Made by a program: the position numbers and the translations under genes. From sequence record NC_019408.1: a stretch of DNA of 64,000 nucleotides; one strand, given 5' to 3'. Within the stretch, counting starts at the first letter, position 1; each line of letters opens with the position of its first letter. Positions 52,894-61,478 of the stretch are shown one piece after another. The notes beneath the pieces were generated by a model that saw only the letters and a list, made by a program, of their open reading frames with translations, ran no database searches and was not told the DNA's origin.

Positions 52894-53250
52894 ATGCCGC
52901 TGTATGATTTCCCGACCGGCCCGACCACGATGGAAGACGTCGAAGCGTTCGTCGCCGGCGCCCAGGCGGTGGTCAACGCCCAGATGGCGAAGACCTTCCC
53001 GAACGTGAGCCCGCCGGTCCTGACGATCGAGCCGGTGCGCGCCAACAGCCAGTTCGCCAAGATCGTGGCGAGCGACCGCGCCCAGCGCTCGGTCTGGGCG
53101 TTCGTGCGCCTGGAGAACGGCCTGATCTACAAGCCTTCCTCGTGGAAGGTCCCGGCCAAGCACGCGCGCGGCACCATCCACTCCGCTGGCCACGGCGCCG
53201 AGTACGTCGACTGGACCGGCCCGCGCTACATCAGGGACATGCGCCCGTGA
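52894..53250 (+). CDS. conserved phage hypothetical protein
   Basis: AKIV...SV.AFV..ENG.IYKP.SWK.PAKHARG.I pattern. Confidence 0.75.
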   Translation: MPLYDFPTGPTTMEDVEAFVAGAQAVVNAQMAKTFPNVSPPVLTIEPVRANSQFAKIVASDRAQRSVWAFVRLENGLIYKPSSWKVPAKHARGTIHSAGHGAEYVDWTGPRYIRDMRP

Positions 53251-53507
53251 GCACCTTCTCCGTTCTCCTGTCGCTTTACGACGAGCGTCGGCTCTACGTG
53301 GTCGAGGCGCAAAACGCGATCAACGCCGTGGCCTATGCCAAGCGGATTGCGGCGGCGCATGACGACGCGGGCTCCAATTGGCAGTTGGAAGTCGCCTTCC
53401 ACGGCGCGTCCAATCTCGCCATGGCGGGCTCGGGCCTCAAGGCCATCGACCTGCGCGCGACCGCTCACGAGACCGTTCCGCACGCTCAGCGTGGAGGTGG
53501 CTGCTGA
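53247..53507 (+). CDS. hypothetical protein
   Basis: GTGA overlap. Confidence 0.55.
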   Translation: MSTFSVLLSLYDERRLYVVEAQNAINAVAYAKRIAAAHDDAGSNWQLEVAFHGASNLAMAGSGLKAIDLRATAHETVPHAQRGGGC

Positions 53508-54049
53508 TGCCTGACCTGATCGACGCCCGCGCCATCAATGTCGACCCCTTCGCGATCGTCACCGATCGCCTGGAGGGCTCGATCACCCTGGTGCGGCTGG
53601 CCGAGGCCGGCCGCTACCGCCACGGCGGCGCGCTCCTCTACTTCCGGGGTCGCCAGATCGACACGGGTCTGAAGGGCGTCTCCTACGTCTACGATGACGA
53701 GACCAACGCCAGCCACCTCGAATACTGGGGCGGCTACGAGGATCGCATCCTCGCGCGCTTCGCCTCCAAGGACGACGCCGTGAAGGCCCTGCACGATGGG
53801 CTGGCGGCGCGCGCCGAGGTCGACATCCTGGTCAAGCAGGCCCAGGCCATGCTCCAGGCCCTGACCGACCTGCGCGACCGGCGGTTCAAGGAGACCGTCC
53901 AGGCCCAGGAACGCGACGGCGTCCAGCGCGATGGCTGCGAGGTCTGCAACGGCTCGCGCGGTGGTGTGCCCGGCAACGAGAACGTCGTCGACGGCAAGGT
54001 GGTCTGCGACTACTGCCACGTCGACATCATGGACGCGAGGAAGGGCTGA
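53507..54049 (+). CDS. hypothetical protein with C-terminal CxxC..CxxC
   Basis: GGAGG SD; CEVC.G..GGVPGNEN....VCDYC. Confidence 0.65.
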   Translation: MPDLIDARAINVDPFAIVTDRLEGSITLVRLAEAGRYRHGGALLYFRGRQIDTGLKGVSYVYDDETNASHLEYWGGYEDRILARFASKDDAVKALHDGLAARAEVDILVKQAQAMLQALTDLRDRRFKETVQAQERDGVQRDGCEVCNGSRGGVPGNENVVDGKVVCDYCHVDIMDARKG

Positions 54050-54270
54050 TGGGCTCCTACACCTACTGCCCCAACCGCACGTGCGGCGCCGGCCTCGGGC
54101 CGCCCTCGATCCGTGAGGTCGTGGAGAACGAGCGCAAGTGCCCGCACTGCGGCGGCGACGTGCCGGTCTACGACTCCCTGGCCGACGTGCTGGAGCGCAT
54201 GGAGGGCAAGATCGAGGAACTCCAGGAGGAGGTCCGCGTGCTGCGCGAAGGAGACGACCTTGGGTCTTAG
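54049..54270 (+). CDS. zinc-ribbon protein
   Basis: CPNRTC...CPHCG. Confidence 0.65.
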   Translation: MGSYTYCPNRTCGAGLGPPSIREVVENERKCPHCGGDVPVYDSLADVLERMEGKIEELQEEVRVLREGDDLGS

Positions 54271-54616
54271 AAAAATCCCGCCCGCCCATTCGTGGTTCTC
54301 GGCGATGGCCTTCCGGACGACGTTCAAGAAGCCGAGCCACGAAGAGCGTCTCAAGCGCCTTCAGGCGGTCCAGGCCGCCCGGCTCTCGGGCTCTGAACTG
54401 CGCGACCCGCTGATGAAGAAGCTGGTGCGCGATGGTCTCGTGCGCCTGCACCGGCCGGCCAACGCCGAGTTCTACAGGCAGTCCAAGGGCGGCTTCATGA
54501 AGCGCACCCAGGCCTTCCTTACGCCGGCCGGCGAAGCCTATCTGGCAGACCCGGCGCATCATCCCGTTCCGAAGTCGGAGCGCACCGAGAAAGCCAAAGG
54601 GGTTCGGGGCAAATGA
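54260..54616 (+). CDS. basic hypothetical protein
   Basis: TTG after GGAG (ATG 54305 alternative). Confidence 0.55.
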   Translation: MGLRKIPPAHSWFSAMAFRTTFKKPSHEERLKRLQAVQAARLSGSELRDPLMKKLVRDGLVRLHRPANAEFYRQSKGGFMKRTQAFLTPAGEAYLADPAHHPVPKSERTEKAKGVRGK

Positions 54617-55062
54617 TAAACTGGAAGGACCCCTTCGGCTTCGAAGCCCGCCGCCTCGCGCGTGAAGCGCTCTGGGAAGAGCAGGCCAAGGAAACGCGGG
54701 CGCGCAACCTCAAGCGCGCCCAAGAAACCGGCACGCACTGCATCAAGCAGGTCGCCGCCGATCGGTTCTTCGTGCTGCTGCGCGACACGAACGGGCGGTA
54801 TCGGGCGATCCAGCGGGACGGCAAGGTCGCGGGGCAGTACCCCTGCAACGCCCACGTCATCCGCACCCTGGAGCAGGCCAAGGACTTCGGGCGCATCGCT
54901 GAGCGCAACTTCCGCGAGGAGGTGGCCGAGGAGGTCGAGCGCCTGACCAGCCACGAGAACTTCTACCACCCGACCGAGTACGAGCCCGTGCCGGCCAAGG
55001 AGGCGCGCGCCGAGGACATCGTCTTCGTCGAGGCGGTCTCCACGTGCTGGAGTCGCCGCTGA
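54613..55062 (+). CDS. hypothetical protein
   Basis: ATGA overlap. Confidence 0.6.
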   Translation: MINWKDPFGFEARRLAREALWEEQAKETRARNLKRAQETGTHCIKQVAADRFFVLLRDTNGRYRAIQRDGKVAGQYPCNAHVIRTLEQAKDFGRIAERNFREEVAEEVERLTSHENFYHPTEYEPVPAKEARAEDIVFVEAVSTCWSRR

Positions 55063-55259
55063 TGGAGACCCGCGCAGACGCCGTCCAGGCCGTTGCCAAG
55101 GCCCTCTACGAGCGTCAGTGGGCGCGCGGCGGGCAAGTCGTCCCGCCGCCTTGGGAGACCTTGCCGCCTCGGTTCAAGACGCCGTTCCTGGAGACGGCCG
55201 AGCTTTGCGTCGACATCATCATCGAACACGTCAGGAACACCAGCCATGAACCGTCGTAA
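55062..55259 (+). CDS. hypothetical protein
   Basis: TGATG overlap. Confidence 0.55.
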   Translation: METRADAVQAVAKALYERQWARGGQVVPPPWETLPPRFKTPFLETAELCVDIIIEHVRNTSHEPS

Positions 55260-55887
55260 TCTCCTGCTGGGCGCCGGCGCGGCCGTCATCGCCGCCGGGG
55301 TCGCCCAGGCCAAACCGGTTCACGTGTCGGAGGTCAAGCCGACGACCTACACGTGGTACTCCAGCTACGAGACGGGCATCCGCCAGCGCGACACCCACGA
55401 CACCCGCTACACGATCCGCTGGGAGCAGGGCGCCATGCAGCACCCGCACGCTGACATCGTGCGCAAGTGGGTCCGCGAGACCATCGACAGCGGCTACCTC
55501 TACTGCTTCGGCGACATCCACTGGATGGATCGCAAGGTCCGCCTGGAAGACGTCCACATCGTCATCCGGCCGGGCAAGAAGGTCTGGAACCACGTCACCG
55601 GCTACACCGACGAGGAGGGTCTCCAGATCGAGGTCAACGAGGCTGGTGCGGTCTTCGCGCCGTTCGGCCTCGCCTCGACCCATGGCCTGACCTACGTCCG
55701 CGAGTCGATGCGCGACACCTATTATGTCCGCAAGCCGTACCTGCGCTACGACGAGGAGCGCGAGCTTCGCTTCGCCCTGGGCGACGACCCGCAAGGCTAC
55801 CGCGCGCCGAACTCCAAGGTCGGCTTTGACGACCGGATGTGGACCGAGGTCCTGAAGGACCTGGAAGCCAAGAAGGCCCAGGCCTGA
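55246..55887 (+). CDS. Tat-exported hypothetical protein
   Basis: MNRRNLLLGAGAAVIAAGVAQA twin-arginine signal with AxA site. Confidence 0.7.
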   Translation: MNRRNLLLGAGAAVIAAGVAQAKPVHVSEVKPTTYTWYSSYETGIRQRDTHDTRYTIRWEQGAMQHPHADIVRKWVRETIDSGYLYCFGDIHWMDRKVRLEDVHIVIRPGKKVWNHVTGYTDEEGLQIEVNEAGAVFAPFGLASTHGLTYVRESMRDTYYVRKPYLRYDEERELRFALGDDPQGYRAPNSKVGFDDRMWTEVLKDLEAKKAQA

Positions 55888-56384
55888 TGATCCGCTCCCG
55901 CAACGAGCCGCCCGAGGTCACCTCCGGCAAGATGCAGGAGCGGTGGGCCGCCCAGAGAGCGAGCATCCATGGGATGCTCTGCCTACCGCACACCCTGAAC
56001 GCCAACTGGCAGCAGGTCAGCGCGATGATCTGGGCGCACTGCGACGGGCGGGTGGTCGGCGAGTGGCAGGACCGCCCGGTGCCGGGTTGGACAGCCGAGC
56101 ATATCCAGGCGCCGTTCGACATCTGCATGGTTCAGGACCCGAACGCCAAGACCCTCCAGGACGCCGATCTGGCGCTGCGGATGATCACCACCCTCCTGCC
56201 CGACGCGGCCCTTGAGATCAAGAAGTGCAAGGGGCGTGACGGCGAGTGGGAGACGCTGATCGACACCCGTTGCGCCCAGGTCGCCAAGCATCGGGGGATG
56301 ATCTGGGGCTTTGGCCCCGGCATCGCCCTGGCGACGTGGCGCGCCTACTTCAGCTACCTCCAGAAGGAGCCCACCTATGACTGA
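55887..56384 (+). CDS. hypothetical protein
   Basis: TGATG overlap. Confidence 0.6.
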   Translation: MIRSRNEPPEVTSGKMQERWAAQRASIHGMLCLPHTLNANWQQVSAMIWAHCDGRVVGEWQDRPVPGWTAEHIQAPFDICMVQDPNAKTLQDADLALRMITTLLPDAALEIKKCKGRDGEWETLIDTRCAQVAKHRGMIWGFGPGIALATWRAYFSYLQKEPTYD

Positions 56385-56598
56385 CATCTTCGACGAGGTC
56401 GAGCGGCGGCTGAACCGCAAGCGTCCGACCTTCTGGCTTCACCGGATCGCGATCGTGATCATCGTCGTCATCGGCCTGCTGGTCGTCGCCGGCGCCGCCA
56501 TCCAGGTCTTCAATCCGACCCTGGCGACCCAGTGGCAAGCTCGTCAGGACGCGGCCTACGACCGCGCCTACGAGGAAGCCCGGCGGCGGGGCGAGTAA
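56377..56598 (+). CDS. small membrane protein
   Basis: AGGAG SD; one hydrophobic helix. Confidence 0.65.
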   Translation: MTDIFDEVERRLNRKRPTFWLHRIAIVIIVVIGLLVVAGAAIQVFNPTLATQWQARQDAAYDRAYEEARRRGE

Positions 56599-57080
56599 TG
56601 GCCGGCCCGCAGTACAACTGGGAGCCGGCTTCGACCGCCGACGGCGTCAAGCTGACCGAGCACGTGATCCGGGGCGAGATCGTCCCGATCTGCGTCGGCG
56701 CGTCGCTGCACGCGATCGAGATGCACGCCATCATGGGCGAGCGGCTCTACCGGGCCTTTGGGACCATGTCCGGCGACGCCGACTGGACCCAGGCCGAGAT
56801 CGGCACGCCCCAGGCCCATCCGCTCGACGGTAAGGACCTCAACGCCCTGGACTACCACACCAGGGTCCGCGAGGAGTACCGCCGCGACATCGCCACGGCC
56901 GGCGGCCGGCATCTGATGATCTGCCGCAAGACCGACGATCTCCAGGAACTGCTCGCCCTGATCCCGATGGACCTGCGACGGCGTCACGAGATGGCCAACC
57001 TGATCACCCTGGTGGCGCGGATGCTGCTCATCGAAAACACCGCGCGCACCCTCTCCGACTCCAGCCTGAAGCGCTTCTGA
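56598..57080 (+). CDS. hypothetical protein
   Basis: TAATG overlap. Confidence 0.65.
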   Translation: MAGPQYNWEPASTADGVKLTEHVIRGEIVPICVGASLHAIEMHAIMGERLYRAFGTMSGDADWTQAEIGTPQAHPLDGKDLNALDYHTRVREEYRRDIATAGGRHLMICRKTDDLQELLALIPMDLRRRHEMANLITLVARMLLIENTARTLSDSSLKRF

Positions 57081-57081
57081 C

Positions 57082-57624
57082 ATGACCTCCCACCGCCTCG
57101 ACTTCACCAGCAACGATCTTTGGCCGCCCAAGGTCGACTACGAGATGAAGAAGCTGCGCTACGACACTGCGCTCGACGCGCTGGAGATCGTCCATCCCAA
57201 GAACCGCCTGGGCAACCGGGTCGACGTCTCCCACATCTGCTCCTACCTGATGAACGGGCGCGTCAAGGGCATCCTCGACCACATCGCCAGCACCGGCGTC
57301 GAGGACCCGCGCGAGCAGACCTTCAAAATCCTGCGCATCCTGGAAAACCGGGGCATGATCGCCAACAGCGGGGGCGACTGGACGCTGACCGCGACCGGCG
57401 CGATTTGGCATCTGGTGGCGGACAACCACCCCTCGGGCTGGGCCGAGCAACAGGCCCTGCTCTACGACATCCGCCTGCAATGGTGGGCGGGACACGAGAT
57501 CGTCGCGGCCATCAAGGAGACGCCGTACTTCCAGATGCGGCCCAAGCACGGCGCCGTGCCGACCATCGCCTTCGACCTCTCGGCCCTGCAACAACCGCTC
57601 GACGGGTGGAACGGATGGCGCTGA
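57082..57624 (+). CDS. hypothetical protein, possible winged helix
   Basis: ILRILENRGMI....DWTLTATG. Confidence 0.65.
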   Translation: MTSHRLDFTSNDLWPPKVDYEMKKLRYDTALDALEIVHPKNRLGNRVDVSHICSYLMNGRVKGILDHIASTGVEDPREQTFKILRILENRGMIANSGGDWTLTATGAIWHLVADNHPSGWAEQQALLYDIRLQWWAGHEIVAAIKETPYFQMRPKHGAVPTIAFDLSALQQPLDGWNGWR

Positions 57625-58154
57625 GCGAGGAGGCCTGGGACAGCCTGATCCTCGACCTGCGCAACGCCGTCGAGGCCGAGGACCGCGAGGCCTGGGACGA
57701 GGCGATCCAGGCCCTGGAGAACGCCTTCGACGAGCATGTCGACGGCCCGCTGGAGACCCACCCCAACACCCTGGCCTGGAAGAAGAGCGCCGACGAACGC
57801 AAGCGCTTCCTGGCGGGCTGGTCGTACTGGGGTAGCGGCGCCCGCGATGTGCCAGCCGAGTACAAGGGCGACATGGTCTTCAACCGGGGCCGCAGCGCCG
57901 CCGCCACCGCCCAGGACATGAGCGGCCTGCACCGGACCCTGGCGTCCTGCAAGCATCCGCAGTCCTACCGGATCGAAGGCGGCGACAATCTCCACCTGCC
58001 GCGCTACCCGGCGGTCTATGGCTCCTACGAGGTCCACATCTGCCGCCTCTGTCGCGGGTGGAAGACGATCGGCCACGGCGAGCGCCAATGGCACGAGGGG
58101 CCGTATTTCGACGCCTACGAGAAGGCGATGCGTGAGGAAGAGGAGCGCTGCTGA
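57615..58154 (+). CDS. hypothetical protein
   Basis: C-terminal CKH...ICRLC. Confidence 0.6.
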   Translation: MALSEEAWDSLILDLRNAVEAEDREAWDEAIQALENAFDEHVDGPLETHPNTLAWKKSADERKRFLAGWSYWGSGARDVPAEYKGDMVFNRGRSAAATAQDMSGLHRTLASCKHPQSYRIEGGDNLHLPRYPAVYGSYEVHICRLCRGWKTIGHGERQWHEGPYFDAYEKAMREEEERC

Positions 58155-58846
58155 TGCTCTACGTGTTCGGGGACATCCACGGCCGCATGGACCTGCTGGA
58201 GAAGGCGCGCCACGCCATCCGTGTACGCGGCGACGCCACGCGCATGATCTTCCTGGGCGACTATGTCGATCGCGGCCCGCAGAGCCGCGAGGTGGTCGAG
58301 GCCGTGATGGAGCTTCACCGCCAGGGCGAGATCGCCCTCAAGGGCAACCACGAGCAGATGATGGTCGATAGCTGGCGGATCGCCAACTACGGCGCGCTCT
58401 CCAAGATGTGGGTCAGCAACGGCGGCAAGCAGACCCTGAAGTCCTACGGCGCCGGCGACAACGCCTGGAACGCCCAGTGGGACATGATCCCCCAGGAGCA
58501 TATCGACTGGATGGATGGCCTGCCGACCATGCACGTCACGCCCGGCCGGGTCTTTGTGCATGCCGGGCTGATGCCGGGCGTCCCGCTTGAGCAGCAGGAC
58601 GAGGAGTGGACCCTGTGGATCAGGGATCGCTTCCTGCTGGGCAAGCCGGGCGACTTCACCCACCACGTGATCCACGGCCACACCCACACCGTGCCGGTCT
58701 TCAAGGAGGAGCCGTCCGAGCCGGAGCTTCTGCCCCACCGGACCAACCTCGACACCGGCGCGTTCTTCACCGGCGTCCTGGGCGTGGGCGTCTTCGATCC
58801 GGACGAGACGGCCGGCCCGGTCGAGGTGCTCAAGATCACGGTGTGA
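58154..58846 (+). CDS. metallophosphoesterase (Ser/Thr protein phosphatase, PPP-like)
   Basis: GDIHG, GDYVDRG, KGNHE, FVHAG, HGHT, NLDTG. Confidence 0.9.
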   Translation: MLYVFGDIHGRMDLLEKARHAIRVRGDATRMIFLGDYVDRGPQSREVVEAVMELHRQGEIALKGNHEQMMVDSWRIANYGALSKMWVSNGGKQTLKSYGAGDNAWNAQWDMIPQEHIDWMDGLPTMHVTPGRVFVHAGLMPGVPLEQQDEEWTLWIRDRFLLGKPGDFTHHVIHGHTHTVPVFKEEPSEPELLPHRTNLDTGAFFTGVLGVGVFDPDETAGPVEVLKITV

Positions 58847-58848
58847 CG

Positions 58849-59457
58849 ATGTCGTTTCTGGACCGCATGCGCGAGTACATCACGGCCGACCTGAAGATCG
58901 TTGAGCACCTCACCCGCCGGTTCAGCCGGAAGCCGGAGGAGCCCGTGGCCGGGATCGCGCCCCAGCCGATGACGCAGGCGCCTCAGGTCGCCGGTGGTAG
59001 CAGCGGCGTGTCGCACTTCTACTACCCAGGCGTTGGCGGTGGGGGCTCTGTGAGCGCCAGCGGGGGCAGTGGAGGCGGGTCCGGCGGCACCCTGATCTAC
59101 AACGGCACATCGGGGCAGGTTCTGGCCTACGACGGCCGGAACGCGGCCTGGAGGCCCGCCCCGGTCCCCACGAAGCTGAAGGCCGACAAGCCGGCAGGGA
59201 GCTTCAAGGACCTCAACGCGACCGAGGAGGCGGTGGTCCACAATGTCGCGCAGTACGAGGGGACCGAACTCGTGCGCGAGAAGGACGGGACGTTCTCCTA
59301 TTGCCGCAAAGGCGTGGCCCTGGGCAAGGACCGCGTTCGATCCCGCACGGTCAACGTGTTGATCAAGAAGAAGTTTCTGGACGTGATCGAGTTCGGGGAG
59401 CGCGGCGAGGCCCTGGTCTGCGGGCTCGGCTCCAACATCAGGGTCCACGGCCGCTAG
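58849..59457 (+). CDS. hypothetical protein with Gly/Ser-rich linker
   Basis: ATG 58849; GGGGSVSASGGSGGGSGG. Confidence 0.6.
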   Translation: MSFLDRMREYITADLKIVEHLTRRFSRKPEEPVAGIAPQPMTQAPQVAGGSSGVSHFYYPGVGGGGSVSASGGSGGGSGGTLIYNGTSGQVLAYDGRNAAWRPAPVPTKLKADKPAGSFKDLNATEEAVVHNVAQYEGTELVREKDGTFSYCRKGVALGKDRVRSRTVNVLIKKKFLDVIEFGERGEALVCGLGSNIRVHGR

Positions 59458-59464
59458 AAAGTGT

Positions 59465-59516
59465 TTGACAACACTCTCACGCCAACATAGAACCTCCTCG
59501 ACGACAACGAGGAGGG
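59465..59516 (+). promoter_or_regulatory. repeated phage promoter with inverted element in spacer
   Basis: TTGACA-ACACTCTCACGCCAACA-TAGAAC, CGACGACAAC-GAGGAGG. Confidence 0.85.
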
Positions 59517-59520
59517 CCGC

Positions 59521-59940
59521 ATGGCTTACGCAATTCCCGACCTGAGCACCTTCACCTTCACCGACCCGTCGGTGGAAAGCTTCGCCAGGGCCATGATCTC
59601 GATGATCGAGGCCAACCAAGCGATCATCGACGAGTTCGCCAAGAGCCTGATCGAGAACCCCGTGCGCGCTCTGGAGCGCAGCCTGTCGGTCAAGCTGGCC
59701 GCCGTCCGTCAGAACGCGGCGAAGGAAGCCCTCGAACAGACCCTGGACACGCTCCTGCACGGGACCGACAAGACCTGGGCGGTGATCAAGCTGGAACTCC
59801 AGCAAGCGCTCCTGCATCACGTGGTCTACCACGCGTCGCGGTCGTCGCGCTCGACCAACGCCGAGGCCAACGACATGGAGCGCTTCGACCTGCAAGCCAA
59901 GGCCGAGTTGCTCGACCGCGTCATGAAGGGCCGCTTCTAA
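59521..59940 (+). CDS. hypothetical protein
   Basis: GGAGG SD. Confidence 0.75.
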   Translation: MAYAIPDLSTFTFTDPSVESFARAMISMIEANQAIIDEFAKSLIENPVRALERSLSVKLAAVRQNAAKEALEQTLDTLLHGTDKTWAVIKLELQQALLHHVVYHASRSSRSTNAEANDMERFDLQAKAELLDRVMKGRF

Positions 59941-60182
59941 TGCGCGGCGTCGAGGTCAACGAGAGCTATCAGACCGAGCAGCGCTCGTTCGATGGCCAAC
60001 TCGCCGGCAAGTACGGCGCTGCCTCGGGCGGCCCGGACCTGACCCGTGAACAGTGGCAGGCGATGCAGCGGGCCGACCGCAAGCGCTTCGCCGGCTTCAT
60101 CATGGGCGCCTTCGTGTTCATCTTCTGCCTGACCTGGGTGATCAACGATCTGACCCACTTCGGCGCGGCGCTGCCGTTCTAA
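59940..60182 (+). CDS. small membrane protein
   Basis: C-terminal hydrophobic helix. Confidence 0.6.
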   Translation: MRGVEVNESYQTEQRSFDGQLAGKYGAASGGPDLTREQWQAMQRADRKRFAGFIMGAFVFIFCLTWVINDLTHFGAALPF

Positions 60183-60559
60183 TGAAGACGCTCGACGAAC
60201 GCATCGCCGAGGCTATCGCCACTCCTCGTCCGGCCTGGATCGAGAAGAAGGGCGATCGCTTCCACGTCATCACCAAGGGCGTGCTGTTCCCCAACACGCG
60301 CAACGCCCTGCACAAGACCTGGAGCCGCCGCGCCGGCGCCCTGGCCTGCATCCAGCAGGACGGCTACACGTTGCTGGAGGGCGATTGCCCGTTGCCCGAG
60401 GTGACCCAGGCCCAGCGCGACGCCTACCAGTTCCAGGGCGCCGAGCGGCGCGAGGCCGTCGAGATGCTGAGCCGCGAACTGGGCATCCACCAGGACGAAA
60501 TCCGCCGCGCGCTGCGCAACCTCGAAGGCAAGGGCCTGATCCAGTTCGGCGGGCGCTGA
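60182..60559 (+). CDS. hypothetical protein with C-terminal HTH-like segment
   Basis: TAATG overlap; LSRELGI.QDEIRRALRNLEGKGLI. Confidence 0.65.
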   Translation: MKTLDERIAEAIATPRPAWIEKKGDRFHVITKGVLFPNTRNALHKTWSRRAGALACIQQDGYTLLEGDCPLPEVTQAQRDAYQFQGAERREAVEMLSRELGIHQDEIRRALRNLEGKGLIQFGGR

Positions 60560-60565
60560 TAGCAG

Positions 60566-60632
60566 CTTGGCGTTTGTGTGTTGACAGCGCCAGTCCGGTT
60601 CTGTAGACCTCTGCTCGACGACAACGAGGAGG
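60566..60632 (+). promoter_or_regulatory. repeated phage promoter, variant 16-bp element
   Basis: CTTGGCGTTTGTGTGTTGACA, N17, TAGACC, CGACGACAAC-GAGGAGG. Confidence 0.8.
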
Positions 60633-60637
60633 CCCCC

Positions 60638-60844
60638 ATGCCGCATCTGAGCAAACAGTCCTACAGCTTCGACTACACCAGCGACGCCCTGGCGGCGGCC
60701 GGCGAGTTCGAGGCCCTGACGACCGAGTTCTACCGCTACGAGACGCGCTACCTCTACGACGCGGCGCGCGCGATCGTCGGCGTCGAGGTCCGCGTCATGG
60801 ACGAGGACGGCTTCTTCGTCGGCTACGTGGCGGGCGAGGCCTAA
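60638..60844 (+). CDS. small acidic hypothetical protein
   Basis: AGGAGG SD. Confidence 0.7.
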   Translation: MPHLSKQSYSFDYTSDALAAAGEFEALTTEFYRYETRYLYDAARAIVGVEVRVMDEDGFFVGYVAGEA

Positions 60845-60847
60845 GCC

Positions 60848-61243
60848 ATGATCACCCACAACATCGATCCGCGCATCGGCGTCCTCAACTCGGGCGTCTA
60901 CTATGCCTACGTCAACGGCTATCACCAGCCCGAGACGCGCGGCACGCTCGAAGAGGTTGAGATCGCCCTGGGCGTTCGCAAGCCCAAGCCCGCGCCGGCT
61001 CCCCTGGTGGAAGTCCAGGGCCGGGGCGGGCGCGTCTCGGTGCAGTTCGGCACCATCAACGGCAAGCCCCTGACCCTGACGATCCAAGAGGCCGACAGCG
61101 TCTGCGCCGACGTCGAGTGCGGGCGCCACGGCTGCTCGCTGGCGCTGCTGGACGACTTCGGCACCATCGGCGAGGACGGCCCCAAGGTGCCCCAGAAGAC
61201 CATCGACAAGATGATCGACTGGGCGCTGACGAAGGGCTGGTGA
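60848..61243 (+). CDS. hypothetical protein
   Basis: GAGG SD. Confidence 0.65.
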   Translation: MITHNIDPRIGVLNSGVYYAYVNGYHQPETRGTLEEVEIALGVRKPKPAPAPLVEVQGRGGRVSVQFGTINGKPLTLTIQEADSVCADVECGRHGCSLALLDDFGTIGEDGPKVPQKTIDKMIDWALTKGW

Positions 61244-61452
61244 TGAGCAGCACGCGCATCGCCGCCGAGGTCCTGGAGGCCATGAAGAGCACCAACGACC
61301 CGGCCCTCCAGGAGCGCCGCGTCGGCGCGGTCCTGGCCGAATATGCTGGCGATCCCGACACCTTCGATCTCGAAGGCCTGAGCCCGACGTCTCGGAGGAT
61401 CGTCCACGAAACCACGCTGCACTGGCGGGCGCACCTGCGCCTCCGTGCATGA
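61243..61452 (+). CDS. hypothetical protein
   Basis: TGATG overlap. Confidence 0.55.
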   Translation: MSSTRIAAEVLEAMKSTNDPALQERRVGAVLAEYAGDPDTFDLEGLSPTSRRIVHETTLHWRAHLRLRA

Positions 61453-61478
61453 AATTTTAATCTGGAGAGGGCCTTAAG

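Noticed and set aside
59020-59095. G-rich tract as a repeat or G-quadruplex element
   Set aside because: Explained by a Gly/Ser-rich linker in ORF 58849-59457
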